NCBI GenBank assembly: GCA_016202615.1 | Contig: JACQOI010000055.1 | Location: 1-48,273, forward strand | DNA length: 48,273 nt | Direction of reading: 5' to 3' | Source: Betaproteobacteria bacterium | GTDB taxonomy: Bacteria; Pseudomonadota; Gammaproteobacteria; Burkholderiales; SG8-41 | Part shown: one piece after another, positions 33,970-44,302 of the stretch | Layout: the number at the start of each line of letters is the position of its first letter | Numbering within the stretch: the first letter of the stretch is position 1 | Position numbers and translations under genes: made by a program | Notes under the pieces: generated by a model | Database searches by the model: none | Told to the model about the DNA's origin: nothing | Seen by the model: only the letters and a program-made list of their open reading frames with translations

Positions 33970-36451
33970 ACTGAATATGCTTTCATTGCGGATGCTGCTG
34001 CGCGACTGGCGCGCGGGGGAGTTGCGTATCCTCGCGATCGCACTGGTGGTCGCGGTGGCGAGCGTTACCAGTGTCGGATTTTTCGCCGACCGCGTGCGGC
34101 AGTCGCTCACTCGCGAGGCGCACCAGCTGCTCGGCGCCGACCTGGTGATGGTTGCCGATCACCCGTGGTCCGAAGCCGTGCGCGACGAGATCGCGCGGCG
34201 CGGGCTGCGGCTCGCGCAAAGCGTGGGTTTCATCAGCATGGCACGGGCGCGCGATCAGGCGCAACTGGTTGCGATCAAGGCGGTGTCGGACGGTTACCCG
34301 CTGCGCGGCAAGCTGCGCATTGCCCCCGGCCTCAACCTGCCTGACGAGGAGACCGACCTCGTGCCACCCCGGGGATCGGTGTGGGTGGACGAACGGCTCG
34401 CGCTGGCGCTGGCGCTTGCGGTCGGCGATGTGCTTGAGCTGGGCGATATCAAGCTCGGCGTGGGGGCCATCCTGACACTTGAGCCCGACCGTGGCGCGTC
34501 GTTCTTCAACATTGCACCGCGGCTGCTGATGCACGTGGACGATGTCGCGGCGACGGGCCTGGTGCAGACCGGCAGCCGCGTCTGGTATCACCTGCTCGCG
34601 GCGGGGCAGCGCGAGCAGGTGGAAGCGCTCGAACAATGGGCGGTGTCCGGGCTCGGCCGCGGCGAGTCGCTGCAGAGCCTATCCAACGCGCGCCCGGAAA
34701 TCCGCGCCTCGCTGGAGCGCGCGCACAAGTTCATCGGCCTCACCGCGCTGCTGGCGGTGGTGCTGGCCGCGGTCGCGATCTCGCTCGCCACGCGCCGCTA
34801 CATCCAGCGGCACCTCGATGGCTACGCGGTGATGCGCTGTACGGGCGCCTCGCAACGCCAGTTGTGCGGGCTGTTCGCCGGCGAGTTCGGGGCGCTCGGC
34901 GCGCTGGCCGGCGTTGCCGGCTGCATCGCGGGCTATATCGCCCAGTTCGCAATCGCGTGGCTGGTGGCGGAACTGGTCGCGGTGCCGCTGCCGCAACCTT
35001 CGCTGCTGCCCGCGCTGCAGGGATTCCTGATCGGGCTTGCCTTGCTGCTCGGCTTCGCGCTGCCGCCGCTGTTGCGGCTGAAGAACGTCCCGGCGCTGCG
35101 GGTGATCCGGCGTGACCTCGGGCCGCCGCGCGAAAGCGCACTCGCGGCCTATGGCGCGGGCCTGGCGACCATAGCCGCGCTGCTCGTGTGGCAGGCGGGT
35201 GAGGCGAAACTTGGGTTTATCGTGCTCGGCGGCTTCGGCGCGGCATTTGTGCTGTTCGGCTGCATTGCCTTCGGCGCGCTGCACGCGCTGGGCGGCGCGG
35301 CAGGCGCAGCGGGGCTTACCTGGCGTTATGGCCTCGCCAACCTGAGGCGCCGCGCTCACACCAATACCGTGCAGATCCTGTCGCTGGCGCTCGGGCTCAC
35401 CGCGATCCTGCTCCTTACCTTCACCCGCGGCGACCTGCTGGCGACCTGGAAGGCGAAAATTCCCGCCGACGCGCCGAACCGCTTCATCGTCAACATACAA
35501 CCGGAGCAGCGCACTCTGCTGTTCGAATTCTTCCGCGACCACGGTCTCGCGCTGCCCGAGACCTATCCGATGGTGCGCGGCCGCTGGGTGGCGCACAACG
35601 GCGCGCCGGTCGATGTCGACCAGTACGTGGAACGCGAGCGCAGGCTGGTCGAGCGGGAATTCAACCTTTCCTACATGGACGCAGTGCCGGCTCACAACCG
35701 GATGATTGCGGGCCGCGGCTTCACGCCGCAAGACCTCGCACGCGGTGCGCTGTCGGTCGAGGAGGGCATCGCGCGGTCGCTTGGCTGGAAGCTCGGCGAC
35801 CGCCTGTCCTGGCAGGTGGCCGGCCAGACCTTCAGCGCGCCGATCGTGAACATCCGCAAGCTCGACTGGGATTCGATGCGCGTGAATTTCTTCGTCATCG
35901 CGACGCCGCGGCTGCTCGAGAGCGCGGCCACGAGCTACATCACGAGTTTCCATCTGCCGCAGTCTGAAGCGCAGTTCGCCAACCGCCTGTCGCAGCGCTT
36001 CCCCAACCTGACGGTGGTCGACATGAGCGTTATCCTGCGCCAAGCGCAGAACGTGATGGAGCAGGTGATTCGCGCGGTGCAGCTGGTGTTTTTGTTCGCC
36101 GTCGGCGCGGGCATTCTGGTGCTGTACTCCGCGCTGCTCGCCACCCAGGACGAGCGGGTGCAGGAGGCGGCGGTGATGCGCGCGCTCGGCGCCTCGCGCT
36201 CGCAGGTGCTCGCGGCGCAGCGCGCCGAGTTCATCGCGCTGGGCCTGATCGCGGGACTGCTCGCCGCGGCCGGCGCCACCGCGATCGGCTTCGTCATCGC
36301 CAGCCAGGTGTTTCAGTTTGCGTACCACGTGAACCATTGGGTATGGGCGGCGGGCCCGCTGCTCGGCGTCATGTGCGTGGCAGTGAACATGGTGGCCGGC
36401 GCGCGCGCCGCGCTCAGCCAGCCGCCGATCCTGGCGTTGCGTGAGGTGTGA
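33956..36451 (+). CDS. ybbP: ABC transporter permease with two FtsX-like domains (YbbP-like)
   Basis: 831-aa ORF overlapping the ybbA stop, with multiple hydrophobic segments in two blocks. Synteny is tesA / ybbA / ybbP. Confidence 0.8.
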   Translation: MKMLELNMLSLRMLLRDWRAGELRILAIALVVAVASVTSVGFFADRVRQSLTREAHQLLGADLVMVADHPWSEAVRDEIARRGLRLAQSVGFISMARARDQAQLVAIKAVSDGYPLRGKLRIAPGLNLPDEETDLVPPRGSVWVDERLALALALAVGDVLELGDIKLGVGAILTLEPDRGASFFNIAPRLLMHVDDVAATGLVQTGSRVWYHLLAAGQREQVEALEQWAVSGLGRGESLQSLSNARPEIRASLERAHKFIGLTALLAVVLAAVAISLATRRYIQRHLDGYAVMRCTGASQRQLCGLFAGEFGALGALAGVAGCIAGYIAQFAIAWLVAELVAVPLPQPSLLPALQGFLIGLALLLGFALPPLLRLKNVPALRVIRRDLGPPRESALAAYGAGLATIAALLVWQAGEAKLGFIVLGGFGAAFVLFGCIAFGALHALGGAAGAAGLTWRYGLANLRRRAHTNTVQILSLALGLTAILLLTFTRGDLLATWKAKIPADAPNRFIVNIQPEQRTLLFEFFRDHGLALPETYPMVRGRWVAHNGAPVDVDQYVERERRLVEREFNLSYMDAVPAHNRMIAGRGFTPQDLARGALSVEEGIARSLGWKLGDRLSWQVAGQTFSAPIVNIRKLDWDSMRVNFFVIATPRLLESAATSYITSFHLPQSEAQFANRLSQRFPNLTVVDMSVILRQAQNVMEQVIRAVQLVFLFAVGAGILVLYSALLATQDERVQEAAVMRALGASRSQVLAAQRAEFIALGLIAGLLAAAGATAIGFVIASQVFQFAYHVNHWVWAAGPLLGVMCVAVNMVAGARAALSQPPILALREV

Positions 36452-36492
36452 GGGGTGGGGTGTAAAATGCGGGAACCCGTGTGGGAAGGCGC

Positions 36493-37737
36493 ATGACCGA
36501 ACTCGCGTTGGCACTGACTGTAGTCGTAATCGCGCTGCTCGCGTGGCTTGCGTTTCGCGTCGCGGGGCTGCAACGCCGCCTCGACCAACTGCCGCCGGCG
36601 CTGGGGCAGGGGCTGGAGCAGCAGCACCGCGCGATGCTGCTCGATTTGCACGACGGGCTTGCGAAACAGGGGGACCGCCTCGCCGCCGCGCTCACCGACA
36701 ATTCCGAGCGCTTGCGCAGTTCGACCGCCGGGGAGCTCAAGCAGACACGCGACACGCTGCATGCATTGCAGCTTGCGCTCTCGGAGAGCCTCGGCCAGAA
36801 CCGTGCGGCGATGCTGCAGAAACTAGGCGAGACCGCGCAGGCGCTGACCGGGAAAATCGACGAGCGCCTGGAGCAGATCAGCGGCAAGGTCAGCGAGCGG
36901 CTCGACGAAGGTTTCAAGAAAACCAACGAAACTTTCACCAACGTGATGACGCGGCTGGCGACCATCGACGAGGCGCAGAAGAAGATTGAAATCCTGACCG
37001 GCAGCGTGATCGGCCTGCAGGATCTGCTCGGCGACAAGCGCTCGCGCGGCGCGTTCGGCGAGGTGCAGCTCGAAGCGCTGGTGCGCAACCAGTTGCCCGA
37101 AACGGCGTTTGAATTTCAATATACGTTTTCACGCGGCGTGCGTGCCGACTGCGTACTCAAGCTGCCCGCGCCGACCGGGCTGGTGGCCATCGATTCCAAG
37201 TTTCCGCTGGAAAATTACGAGCGCATGTTTTCCGATGCCGCCGATCGTGCATCTCCAGCCGCTTTCAAGGCGGACGTTCGCAAGCACATAGACGACATCG
37301 CGACAAAATACATTATTCCGGGTGAGACCAGCGACGGGGCAATCATGTTTGTTCCGGCGGAAGCAGTGTTCGCCGAGATTCACGCTCGCCACCGCGATCT
37401 GGTCGAATACGGGCAGAGCAAGCGCGTGTGGATTGCGTCGCCCACCACCTTGATGGCCATCCTTACCACCGCACAGTCCGTGATCAGGAGCGTCGAAACA
37501 CGCAGGCAAATCCATATCATCAAGGAGGAGCTGGGCAAGCTTGGCGCGGACTTCGGTCGCTTCCAGTCGCGCATGGACAACCTCGCGCGTCATATCGAGC
37601 AGGCCAAGAATGACGTTGATGAGGTGCATGTGAGCAGCCGCAAAATCAGCGAGCGCTTCGCGAAGATCGAGCGCGTCGAGCTCGATTCGCCCGAGCAGCC
37701 ACGATTGCGCGCAACGGATCTCGGCAACGAGCAGTGA
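36493..37737 (+). CDS. rmuC: DNA recombination protein RmuC
   Basis: N-terminal TM helix, a long coiled-coil region, then RGAFGEVQLE, VAIDSKFPLENY and MFVPAEAVF, typical of RmuC. The ATG at 36493 lies 4 codons inside the GTG-initiated track ORF. Confidence 0.85.
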   Translation: MTELALALTVVVIALLAWLAFRVAGLQRRLDQLPPALGQGLEQQHRAMLLDLHDGLAKQGDRLAAALTDNSERLRSSTAGELKQTRDTLHALQLALSESLGQNRAAMLQKLGETAQALTGKIDERLEQISGKVSERLDEGFKKTNETFTNVMTRLATIDEAQKKIEILTGSVIGLQDLLGDKRSRGAFGEVQLEALVRNQLPETAFEFQYTFSRGVRADCVLKLPAPTGLVAIDSKFPLENYERMFSDAADRASPAAFKADVRKHIDDIATKYIIPGETSDGAIMFVPAEAVFAEIHARHRDLVEYGQSKRVWIASPTTLMAILTTAQSVIRSVETRRQIHIIKEELGKLGADFGRFQSRMDNLARHIEQAKNDVDEVHVSSRKISERFAKIERVELDSPEQPRLRATDLGNEQ

Positions 37738-37749
37738 CGCGGCGCGTTC

Positions 37750-38517
37750 ATGTGGGGAGCATTCAAGCGTTGGCGGCGTGCGCGCATCATTGCCCGGGCG
37801 CCGCTCGATCCGGTGCTGTGGCGGCAAACGCTGAAGCGCCTGCCGTTTCTGCGCGGCCTGTCGCCTGCCGAGCGCGAGGGTTTGCGCCAGGCGGTAATCC
37901 TGTTTCTGCACCAGAAATCCATCCACGGCGCGGCGGGACTCGAGCTCGATGCAGGGATGCGGTTGCTGATCGCGGCGCAGGCCTGCATCCTGATACTCAA
38001 TCTCGACGTCGATTACTACCGCGGCTGGGTCGAGGTCATCGTCTACCCCGACGAGTTCGTGCCTGAAACCGAATACACCGACGAGGCCGGCGTGGTGCAT
38101 ACGGAACGCGAGCCGCACACCGGCGAAGCCTGGCTGCAAGGCCCGGTGATCCTGTCGTGGGCCGACGTCGCTCCGTCGGCCGACGGCGTCAACGTCGTGA
38201 TCCATGAATTCGCGCACAAGCTCGACATGCTGAACGGCGATGCCAACGGCTTTCCGCCGCTGCACGACGGCATGAGCCGCGAGGCGTGGTCGCAGGCGTT
38301 CGGCAGCGCGTATGCCGATTTCTGCCGCCGGGTCGACGCCGGTGAAGAAGAGCTCGCGATCGACCCCTACGCCGCCGAAAGTCCGGGGGAGTTCTTCGCC
38401 GTGATGAGCGAGGCATTCTTTGAAATGCCGCATGCCGTGAGCGGTCTTTACCCGCGGGTCTACGACCAGTTGCGGCTGTTTTACCGGCAGGATCCTGCGG
38501 TGCGCGTGGCGATGTAA
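37750..38517 (+). CDS. mtfA: M90-family zinc metallopeptidase MtfA-like
   Basis: 255-aa ORF with HEFAHKLD (HExxH) and a downstream EFFAVMSEAFF motif. Confidence 0.8.
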   Translation: MWGAFKRWRRARIIARAPLDPVLWRQTLKRLPFLRGLSPAEREGLRQAVILFLHQKSIHGAAGLELDAGMRLLIAAQACILILNLDVDYYRGWVEVIVYPDEFVPETEYTDEAGVVHTEREPHTGEAWLQGPVILSWADVAPSADGVNVVIHEFAHKLDMLNGDANGFPPLHDGMSREAWSQAFGSAYADFCRRVDAGEEELAIDPYAAESPGEFFAVMSEAFFEMPHAVSGLYPRVYDQLRLFYRQDPAVRVAM

Positions 38518-38541
38518 TTTCCGCGCGTAATCGGTTAAGCT

Positions 38542-38653
38542 AGCAGCCTGTCGGACTTAACAGTCCGCACGGGCTGCTAAAAGCAAAACCGGCTGACTAT
38601 GCAAAATAAACTCATTAGGAGTTTGTCGGGGCTAAGTCCGACAAACTCCTAGG
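38542..38653 (+). repeat. Composite nested-hairpin element, copy 5 (short form; spacer largely deleted)
   Basis: AGCAGCCTGTCGGACTTAACAGTCCGCACGGGCTGCTAAAAGCAAAACCGGCTGACTATGCAAAATAAACTCATTAGGAGTTTGTCGGGGCTAAGTCCGACAAACTCCTAGG. Confidence 0.9.
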
Positions 38654-38679
38654 CAACCGATGCGATTTCCCATCCGCCC

Positions 38680-41070
38680 GTGTTGAAACAGCTCGCTTTT
38701 ACCAAATCCAGACACGCGCTGACCGTCGGCTTTGGCGCGCTGCTGGTGCTGATCATCGTCGTCACGCTGCTCGGCATCTCCCGCATCTACACCATCAATC
38801 AGCGCATCGAGGCGCTGGTCTACGAGCAGAACTTCAAATCCGAACTGCTGGCCACGCTGCTGACGGTCAGCCAGCAACGGCAACAGATCATGTACCAGCT
38901 GTTCAGCGCGCGCGATGCCGCCCAACGCAACGACGCGTATCAAAAATATCAGGCGCTGGTCGGACCGTTATTCGCGACGCTCGACCGGCTGGAAGACATG
39001 GAGATGACCGAATCGGAGCGCGCCGCCGTCAATCAGGCGCTTGGCTCAGCCGCGCGCTCGCAGGAAGTGCGCGACCGCGTGGTCGCTCTGCTCATGCAGG
39101 ACAACGCTGCCGGCGCGGCCGAACTATTGTTGCAGCAGGGGCTGTCGGCGCAGGACCGCTTTCAGGAATCGCTTAACCGCCTGATCGACTCGAAGCGCAC
39201 CGCGGCGGTCGAGGCGGTGTCGCAAGCAAGCCTGGCGATGCGGGAAGCGTGGCTGCTGGTGGCGCTGGTGGGGATTCTGGTGCTGGTTCTGGGCGGCTGG
39301 GTTGCGAGTGCGGTGATCCGCCAGATCGTGCGCAGCCAAGATGCGCTGCACCGCGAAAAAGAGCTGGCGCAGGTGACGTTGCATTCGATCGGCGACGGCG
39401 TGATTACCACCGATGCCAATGGCCTCATCGACTACCTGAACCCGGTGGCCGAGCAATATACGGGCTGGAGCGGCGCTGACGCCAGAGGCCAGCCGCTGGG
39501 TGTCGTTTATCGCGTGCTCGATGAGCATACCGGCAAACCGGTCCCGCACCCGGGTGGCAACTCGACCGGTGCGCACGGCACGCACGGCATCACGGTCAGG
39601 CTGCTCGGCCGCAGCGGCAACGCGTGCGCAGTCCGCGATTCGTCCTCGCCGATACACAACAGCGAGGGCAACCTGGTCGGCTGGGTGGTGGTGTTCCACG
39701 ACGTGAGCCAGATCGAGGAAATGGCGCAGCAGTTGACCTGGCAGGCGAGCCACGATCCGCTGACCGGGCTCGTCAACCGGCGCGAATTCGAGCGCCGGCT
39801 TGCCGATCTGATCGATGCGGCGCGCAACGACAACAAGCAGCATGCGCTGATGTACATGGACCTCGATAATTTCAAGATCGTCAATGATACCTGCGGCCAC
39901 ACCGCCGGCGACGAGCTGCTGCGCCAGCTCACCACCGTGATGCAGGCCAGGATGCGCGGCAGCGACACGCTGGCGCGGATCGGCGGCGACGAGTTCGGCG
40001 TGCTGCTCGAGTCATGCCCGCTCGATCAGGCGGTGCGCATCGCGAACGGCATGCGCGAAGCGGTGCGCGATTTCCGCTTTGTCTGGGAGGACAAGACTTT
40101 CGGCGTCGGCGCCAGCGCCGGCCTGGTTGCGATCGACGGCGTGAACAGCGCCAGCCGCGTGCTCGCCACCGCCGATGCGGTTTGCTACGAGGCGAAGAGC
40201 AAGGGGCGCGACCGCGTCCAGGTCTACCGCCCGAAAGACGGCGCAAGCGGCGAGCACGACGGCGAGCTGCAGATGGTCTCGCAGATCAATCATGCGTTCG
40301 AGCTCGGCAATTTCCGGCTTTACCGCCAGAAAATCATCGCGCTCGGCGCCGCCGACCGCGACGCGCCGCATTACGAAGTTCTGGTGCGCATGGTCGACCG
40401 CGCCGGCAGCCTGATTCCGCCCAGCGGCTTCATGCCCGCCGCCGAACGCTACAACCTGCTGTCCTCGATCGAGCGCTGGGTGATCAGTTCGCTGGTCGAG
40501 TTCCTGCACCGGCAATACGAGAGCGGCGCGATCGCGCATGAGAAAACGGCATTCACCAGCGCGTTCTACGCCGTCAACCTGTCGGGCGTCAGCATCAACG
40601 ACAACAGCTTCACCGATTTCCTGGGCAAGCTGCTGACGCGCTTCAACCTGCCGCGCGGGCTGCTGTGCTTCGAGGTCACCGAGACCACCGCGATCTCGAA
40701 TCTGACCAAGGCGGCGCAGCTGATGCACGACCTGAAGGCAATGGGCTGCCGTTTCGCACTCGATGATTTCGGCATCGGCATGTCCTCGTTCGCCTATCTC
40801 AAGTATTTGCCGGTGGATTACATCAAGATCGACGGCGTATTCGTGCGCGACATGGCGACTGACCCGATGGACCACGCCATCGTCGAGGCGATCAACCGCA
40901 TCGCGCACATCCTCGGCCTGAAAACGGTCGCCGAGTTCGTCGAGGAAGAAACCACGCTTGAGCGGCTGCGCGCGATCGGTGTTGATTACGCACAGGGCTA
41001 CTTTGTCGCCAAGCCCGAAGCAATTGCAAAAAGCGCGGATACCGAGCACGCGGTGCTTGAATCGGCGTAG
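38680..41070 (+). CDS. Membrane sensor protein with PAS, GGDEF and EAL domains (c-di-GMP turnover)
   Basis: 796-aa GTG-initiated ORF. It has an N-terminal TM segment and helical sensor region, a second TM segment, a PAS-like segment (HSIGDGVITTD), RIGGDEFGVLL (GGDEF), and EAL-domain motifs (FEVTET, DDFGIGMSSFAYLK). Confidence 0.85.
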   Translation: MLKQLAFTKSRHALTVGFGALLVLIIVVTLLGISRIYTINQRIEALVYEQNFKSELLATLLTVSQQRQQIMYQLFSARDAAQRNDAYQKYQALVGPLFATLDRLEDMEMTESERAAVNQALGSAARSQEVRDRVVALLMQDNAAGAAELLLQQGLSAQDRFQESLNRLIDSKRTAAVEAVSQASLAMREAWLLVALVGILVLVLGGWVASAVIRQIVRSQDALHREKELAQVTLHSIGDGVITTDANGLIDYLNPVAEQYTGWSGADARGQPLGVVYRVLDEHTGKPVPHPGGNSTGAHGTHGITVRLLGRSGNACAVRDSSSPIHNSEGNLVGWVVVFHDVSQIEEMAQQLTWQASHDPLTGLVNRREFERRLADLIDAARNDNKQHALMYMDLDNFKIVNDTCGHTAGDELLRQLTTVMQARMRGSDTLARIGGDEFGVLLESCPLDQAVRIANGMREAVRDFRFVWEDKTFGVGASAGLVAIDGVNSASRVLATADAVCYEAKSKGRDRVQVYRPKDGASGEHDGELQMVSQINHAFELGNFRLYRQKIIALGAADRDAPHYEVLVRMVDRAGSLIPPSGFMPAAERYNLLSSIERWVISSLVEFLHRQYESGAIAHEKTAFTSAFYAVNLSGVSINDNSFTDFLGKLLTRFNLPRGLLCFEVTETTAISNLTKAAQLMHDLKAMGCRFALDDFGIGMSSFAYLKYLPVDYIKIDGVFVRDMATDPMDHAIVEAINRIAHILGLKTVAEFVEEETTLERLRAIGVDYAQGYFVAKPEAIAKSADTEHAVLESA

Positions 41071-41204
41071 CAGCAACACGACGCCGCCGACTGTCTCATT
41101 CCACTTGACAACTTCCCGGGATCGAAGTAAGTAGTGCTGTGCCTGTCGACATCACGCCGGCAGGGTTGCTCGGCGGATGTGACACTCGTCCTGTCATCCA
41201 GAAC

Positions 41205-41323
41205 GGCGGGGACATGTTCTCTCTTTCGCGGCGTGCACCGGGCAGGCGACGGAAGGTCCGGCGAGAGGTTAGTTCGGGCGGTACGAATCGAGACCAGGAG
41301 GGAAACGTGGACAAGCTTATCAT
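41205..41323 (+). repeat. Direct repeat copy A (partner 45250-45382), covering a capA-like 3' relic, a leader, the RBS, the GTG and the first 6 codons
   Basis: CATCCAGAACGGCGGGGACATGTTCTCTCTTTCGCGGCGTGCACCGGGCAGGCGACGGAAGG...AGGAGGGAAACGTGGACAAGCTTATCAT aligns with 45250-45382. By eye this is roughly 80% identity with small indels. Confidence 0.85.
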
Positions 41324-42185
41324 TACTTGTGCTGGTAACGAGCGAGTCTATTATCAGGACTTGCCAGGTGTGCCGAAAGGCGCCGAGGGCATCGCCGAAT
41401 CGATGCGCGCGGCGTATGAGGAGGGGGCGGCGGTGGCTCACCTGCATGGGCCGCACGGCGGCCTCATCGGGAAGCAGATGGCCCCGTTTCTGGACGCGGA
41501 AGACTGGCGGAAAGAGACGCGCATGGTCATGGACCGCTCGCCGATCATCATCCAGCACGGCGTCGCGGCCGCGCCCTTCGAGCAACGGGTGAAGAAGATG
41601 CAGCTCGGTGCCGAGAAGCCCGAGATGATCTCGGTCTGCCTGTCGGGACACGACTACCATCGCGACGGCCGCGACTATTACATCGGCCACGTGCGCGACG
41701 AGATGGTGCAGTACGCGAAGGCGTGCAAGCAATACGGGGTCAAGCCGGAGTTCGAGGTATTCCACCTCGGCGCCGTCTGGAACGTTGAGTGGCTGATTGA
41801 AAAGGGACTCGTTGATCCGCCTTGCTGGCTGACGCTGTTCGTCGGCGTCCGCGGCGGCGTGTGGACGCCACCGACGGTCGAGGAAGTCCTGCACCGCGTC
41901 AAGAACCTCCCCAAGGGCGTGAACTGGCAAGTGGCGGTGTGGGGGGGGCCGAGGGGCACAGCCACGTGCAGCGTGCAGACGTCGCTGCTCACGCTGGCTA
42001 TCATGCTCGGCGGCCATGTCCGCTTGGGGATCGAAGATAACCCCTATTACACCGACGGCGTTCCCGCGCAGAGCAATGCGCAGCAGGTCGCGCGCATCGC
42101 GCGGGTCGCGCGCGATCTCGGTCGGGAGATCGCGACGCCGGACGAAGCGCGGCAGATCATCGGCCTGCCTCTGCGGAAAAAGTGA
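41307..42185 (+). CDS. BKACE family enzyme (3-keto-5-aminohexanoate cleavage enzyme-like, DUF849)
   Basis: A GTG at 41307 follows AGGAGGGAAAC and gives VDKLIITCAGNE..., then AVAHLHGP and VRLGIEDN, typical of BKACE. The upstream part of the track ORF (from 41139) is repeat-derived. Confidence 0.75.
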   Translation: MDKLIITCAGNERVYYQDLPGVPKGAEGIAESMRAAYEEGAAVAHLHGPHGGLIGKQMAPFLDAEDWRKETRMVMDRSPIIIQHGVAAAPFEQRVKKMQLGAEKPEMISVCLSGHDYHRDGRDYYIGHVRDEMVQYAKACKQYGVKPEFEVFHLGAVWNVEWLIEKGLVDPPCWLTLFVGVRGGVWTPPTVEEVLHRVKNLPKGVNWQVAVWGGPRGTATCSVQTSLLTLAIMLGGHVRLGIEDNPYYTDGVPAQSNAQQVARIARVARDLGREIATPDEARQIIGLPLRKK

Positions 42186-42233
42186 GTCCGACGGCGCCGC
42201 AAGGATCAGGGAGCTGACGAGAGAGCCCGTTCC

Positions 42234-42719
42234 ATGGATAGGCGCGCCGACCTATTCGTCGCCGTTCTCGTTCTGGCGTTCAGCGTGCTGTATTTCCTCG
42301 CTGCCTCGAAGTTCGGAGATACCGGCCGGGAGCCGCTGGGCGAAGGCAGCCTGCCCCGGCTCCTCGCCGTCATCATGGCCATGGGGAGTGGCTGGGTAAT
42401 TTTCCGTCGTCTCTCCACTTGGCGGCGCCAGTGGGATCACCGGGTCCCGAGCGAGGTCGAGCAAGACGACGACCCGAATTATCCCGTGTCACCCGTGCGT
42501 CCACTCCTGATGGTCGGCGTTGCCTTGGGTTACGTCGTGATGCTCCCGACAATCGGCATTGTCGTGAGCACGCCGTTGGCCGTCATGGTGGGGATGCGGC
42601 TTTGGGGCGTGCGCGAGTGGCGCACCCTGTTGCCCGTCGCCCTCGGCCTCACGCTGGCGATCTACGGTCTGTTCGCCGGTTTCCTGGAAGTGCTGCTTCC
42701 CCTGTGGCCGGCGTTCTGA
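42234..42719 (+). CDS. tctB: Tripartite tricarboxylate transporter small membrane subunit TctB
   Basis: 161-aa ORF with four hydrophobic segments, immediately upstream of tctA. Confidence 0.75.
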   Translation: MDRRADLFVAVLVLAFSVLYFLAASKFGDTGREPLGEGSLPRLLAVIMAMGSGWVIFRRLSTWRRQWDHRVPSEVEQDDDPNYPVSPVRPLLMVGVALGYVVMLPTIGIVVSTPLAVMVGMRLWGVREWRTLLPVALGLTLAIYGLFAGFLEVLLPLWPAF

Positions 42720-42742
42720 CTCCATTGTCCGTAAGGTGACAA

Positions 42743-44257
42743 GTGGAAGGCCTGATCGGCGTTGCGGTCAGCGGGGTCGTCGCGGCGATCCAGCCCCTCC
42801 CGCTGGCCTTGATCTCACTGGGCGTGATCATCGGCATTGTCGTGGGGGCGCTGCCCGGGCTCTCGTCCCTCACCGCGATGGCCGTCCTGATACCGATCAC
42901 CTTCGGCATGGAGCCCGCGAACGCCGTGTTCTTTTTCATGGGCATCATCATCGGCGGCCAGTTCGGCAACAGCCTGCCCGCGGTTCTCATCGGCACGCCC
43001 GGGACTCCCGCTTCCATCATGTCCGCGGTCGAGGGGTACGAGTTTCAGAAGCGTGGGGAGGGGGGCAAGGCGCTCGGGCTCTCGCTGGTGTCTTCGACAT
43101 TCGGGCAGTTGCTGAGCGGGATCGGCTTCGTACTACTCGTGATCCCCCTCGCCGATTTCTCCGTCCGGTTCCTCTTCCCGGAGATTTTCGCCTTGTCGGT
43201 TCTGGGGCTCACGACGGCGGCCACGCTCACCGGGCGGAGTCCGGTAAAGGGCATCGTCGCCGCCGCATTCGGCATTGCCCTGACGACCATCGGTCCCGAT
43301 CCGGTGACGAGTCGACCGCGGTTCAGCTTCGGTTATCTCGAACTGGAGGTCGGACTCGACGTCGTGAGCATGATCGTCGGCATCCTGGTCGTCAGTGAGC
43401 TCATTCACGCCTCCCGTCAGTCCTTCAGCTGGCCGGAAGGACAGCGGGCCACGGGGCGCATTCTGCCCACGCTCTCGGAGCTGAAGAAGGCTTCGGGACC
43501 CATGGGCCTGGGCACGGTGATTGGGTTCTTCATCGGGGCCCTGCCGGGGGCAGGTGCGAGCGTCGCCCATTTCGTCGCCTACGGTCAGGCCAAGCTGTTC
43601 TCCCGCCACCCCGAGCGCTTCGGCAAAGGCTCCATGGAGGGGTTCGTCGCCGCCGATGCCGCGAACAACGCCAGTTCGGGCGGGGAATTAACCCCGACGC
43701 TCGGGTTGGGGATCCCGGGGGGGCCGGGCATGGTGCTCGTTCTGGTCGTGCTGCTCATCCATGGGATCACGCCTGGTCCGGGCCTCCTCCAGTCGGCTCC
43801 CGGCGTTCTGGAGGCGGCCGTCGGAGGCCTGCTTGTCGGCACCGTGGCGATGTTTGTGTTCGGCTATCTGTCCATCCGCCCCGCCGTCTACTTGTTCTCG
43901 GTTTCACGCCCGGCGGTGTACGTGGGCGCGCTCGTGATCTCCCTCATCGGCATTTATTCGCTGCGGTCGAGCTCCTTCGACGTGTACGTGAGCCTCATCG
44001 CTGGAACGGTCGGGTACTTCATGCGACGCTATGGGTACCCGGTGGCGCCGACGGCGCTCGCCCTTATCCTGGGAGGCCTCATCGAGGAAAACCTGCGGCG
44101 CGGTCTCGTCATGACGTACGGAAGCTTCGCGGTCTTCTTCACCCGTCCCGCCGTTGTCGTCATCTTGGCCTTGGCGGGTATTGTCCTGCTCCAGCCTGCC
44201 GTCACCTCCTACCTGCGCAAACGACGGAGGACCGCCGCGCCTCGCCGCGCCCCATAA
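42743..44257 (+). CDS. tctA: Tripartite tricarboxylate transporter large permease TctA
   Basis: 504-aa polytopic ORF with GALPGLSSLTAMAVLIP, GTPGTPAS, GALPGAGASVAHFVAY and GIPGGPG, typical of TctA. Confidence 0.85.
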   Translation: MEGLIGVAVSGVVAAIQPLPLALISLGVIIGIVVGALPGLSSLTAMAVLIPITFGMEPANAVFFFMGIIIGGQFGNSLPAVLIGTPGTPASIMSAVEGYEFQKRGEGGKALGLSLVSSTFGQLLSGIGFVLLVIPLADFSVRFLFPEIFALSVLGLTTAATLTGRSPVKGIVAAAFGIALTTIGPDPVTSRPRFSFGYLELEVGLDVVSMIVGILVVSELIHASRQSFSWPEGQRATGRILPTLSELKKASGPMGLGTVIGFFIGALPGAGASVAHFVAYGQAKLFSRHPERFGKGSMEGFVAADAANNASSGGELTPTLGLGIPGGPGMVLVLVVLLIHGITPGPGLLQSAPGVLEAAVGGLLVGTVAMFVFGYLSIRPAVYLFSVSRPAVYVGALVISLIGIYSLRSSSFDVYVSLIAGTVGYFMRRYGYPVAPTALALILGGLIEENLRRGLVMTYGSFAVFFTRPAVVVILALAGIVLLQPAVTSYLRKRRRTAAPRRAP

Positions 44258-44302
44258 GTCAATCGGCGTTTCGGCGGACCGCGGCGTACAGAGGAAACAA
44301 CG

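Noticed and set aside
41215-41306. The shared BKACE/tctC leader as a known riboswitch (glycine or guanidine classes considered because of ACGG and GGAGAG-like strings).
   Set aside because: I could not match the conserved cores of any riboswitch class I know, and the potential stem is not maintained between the two copies. I kept it only as a duplicated leader.
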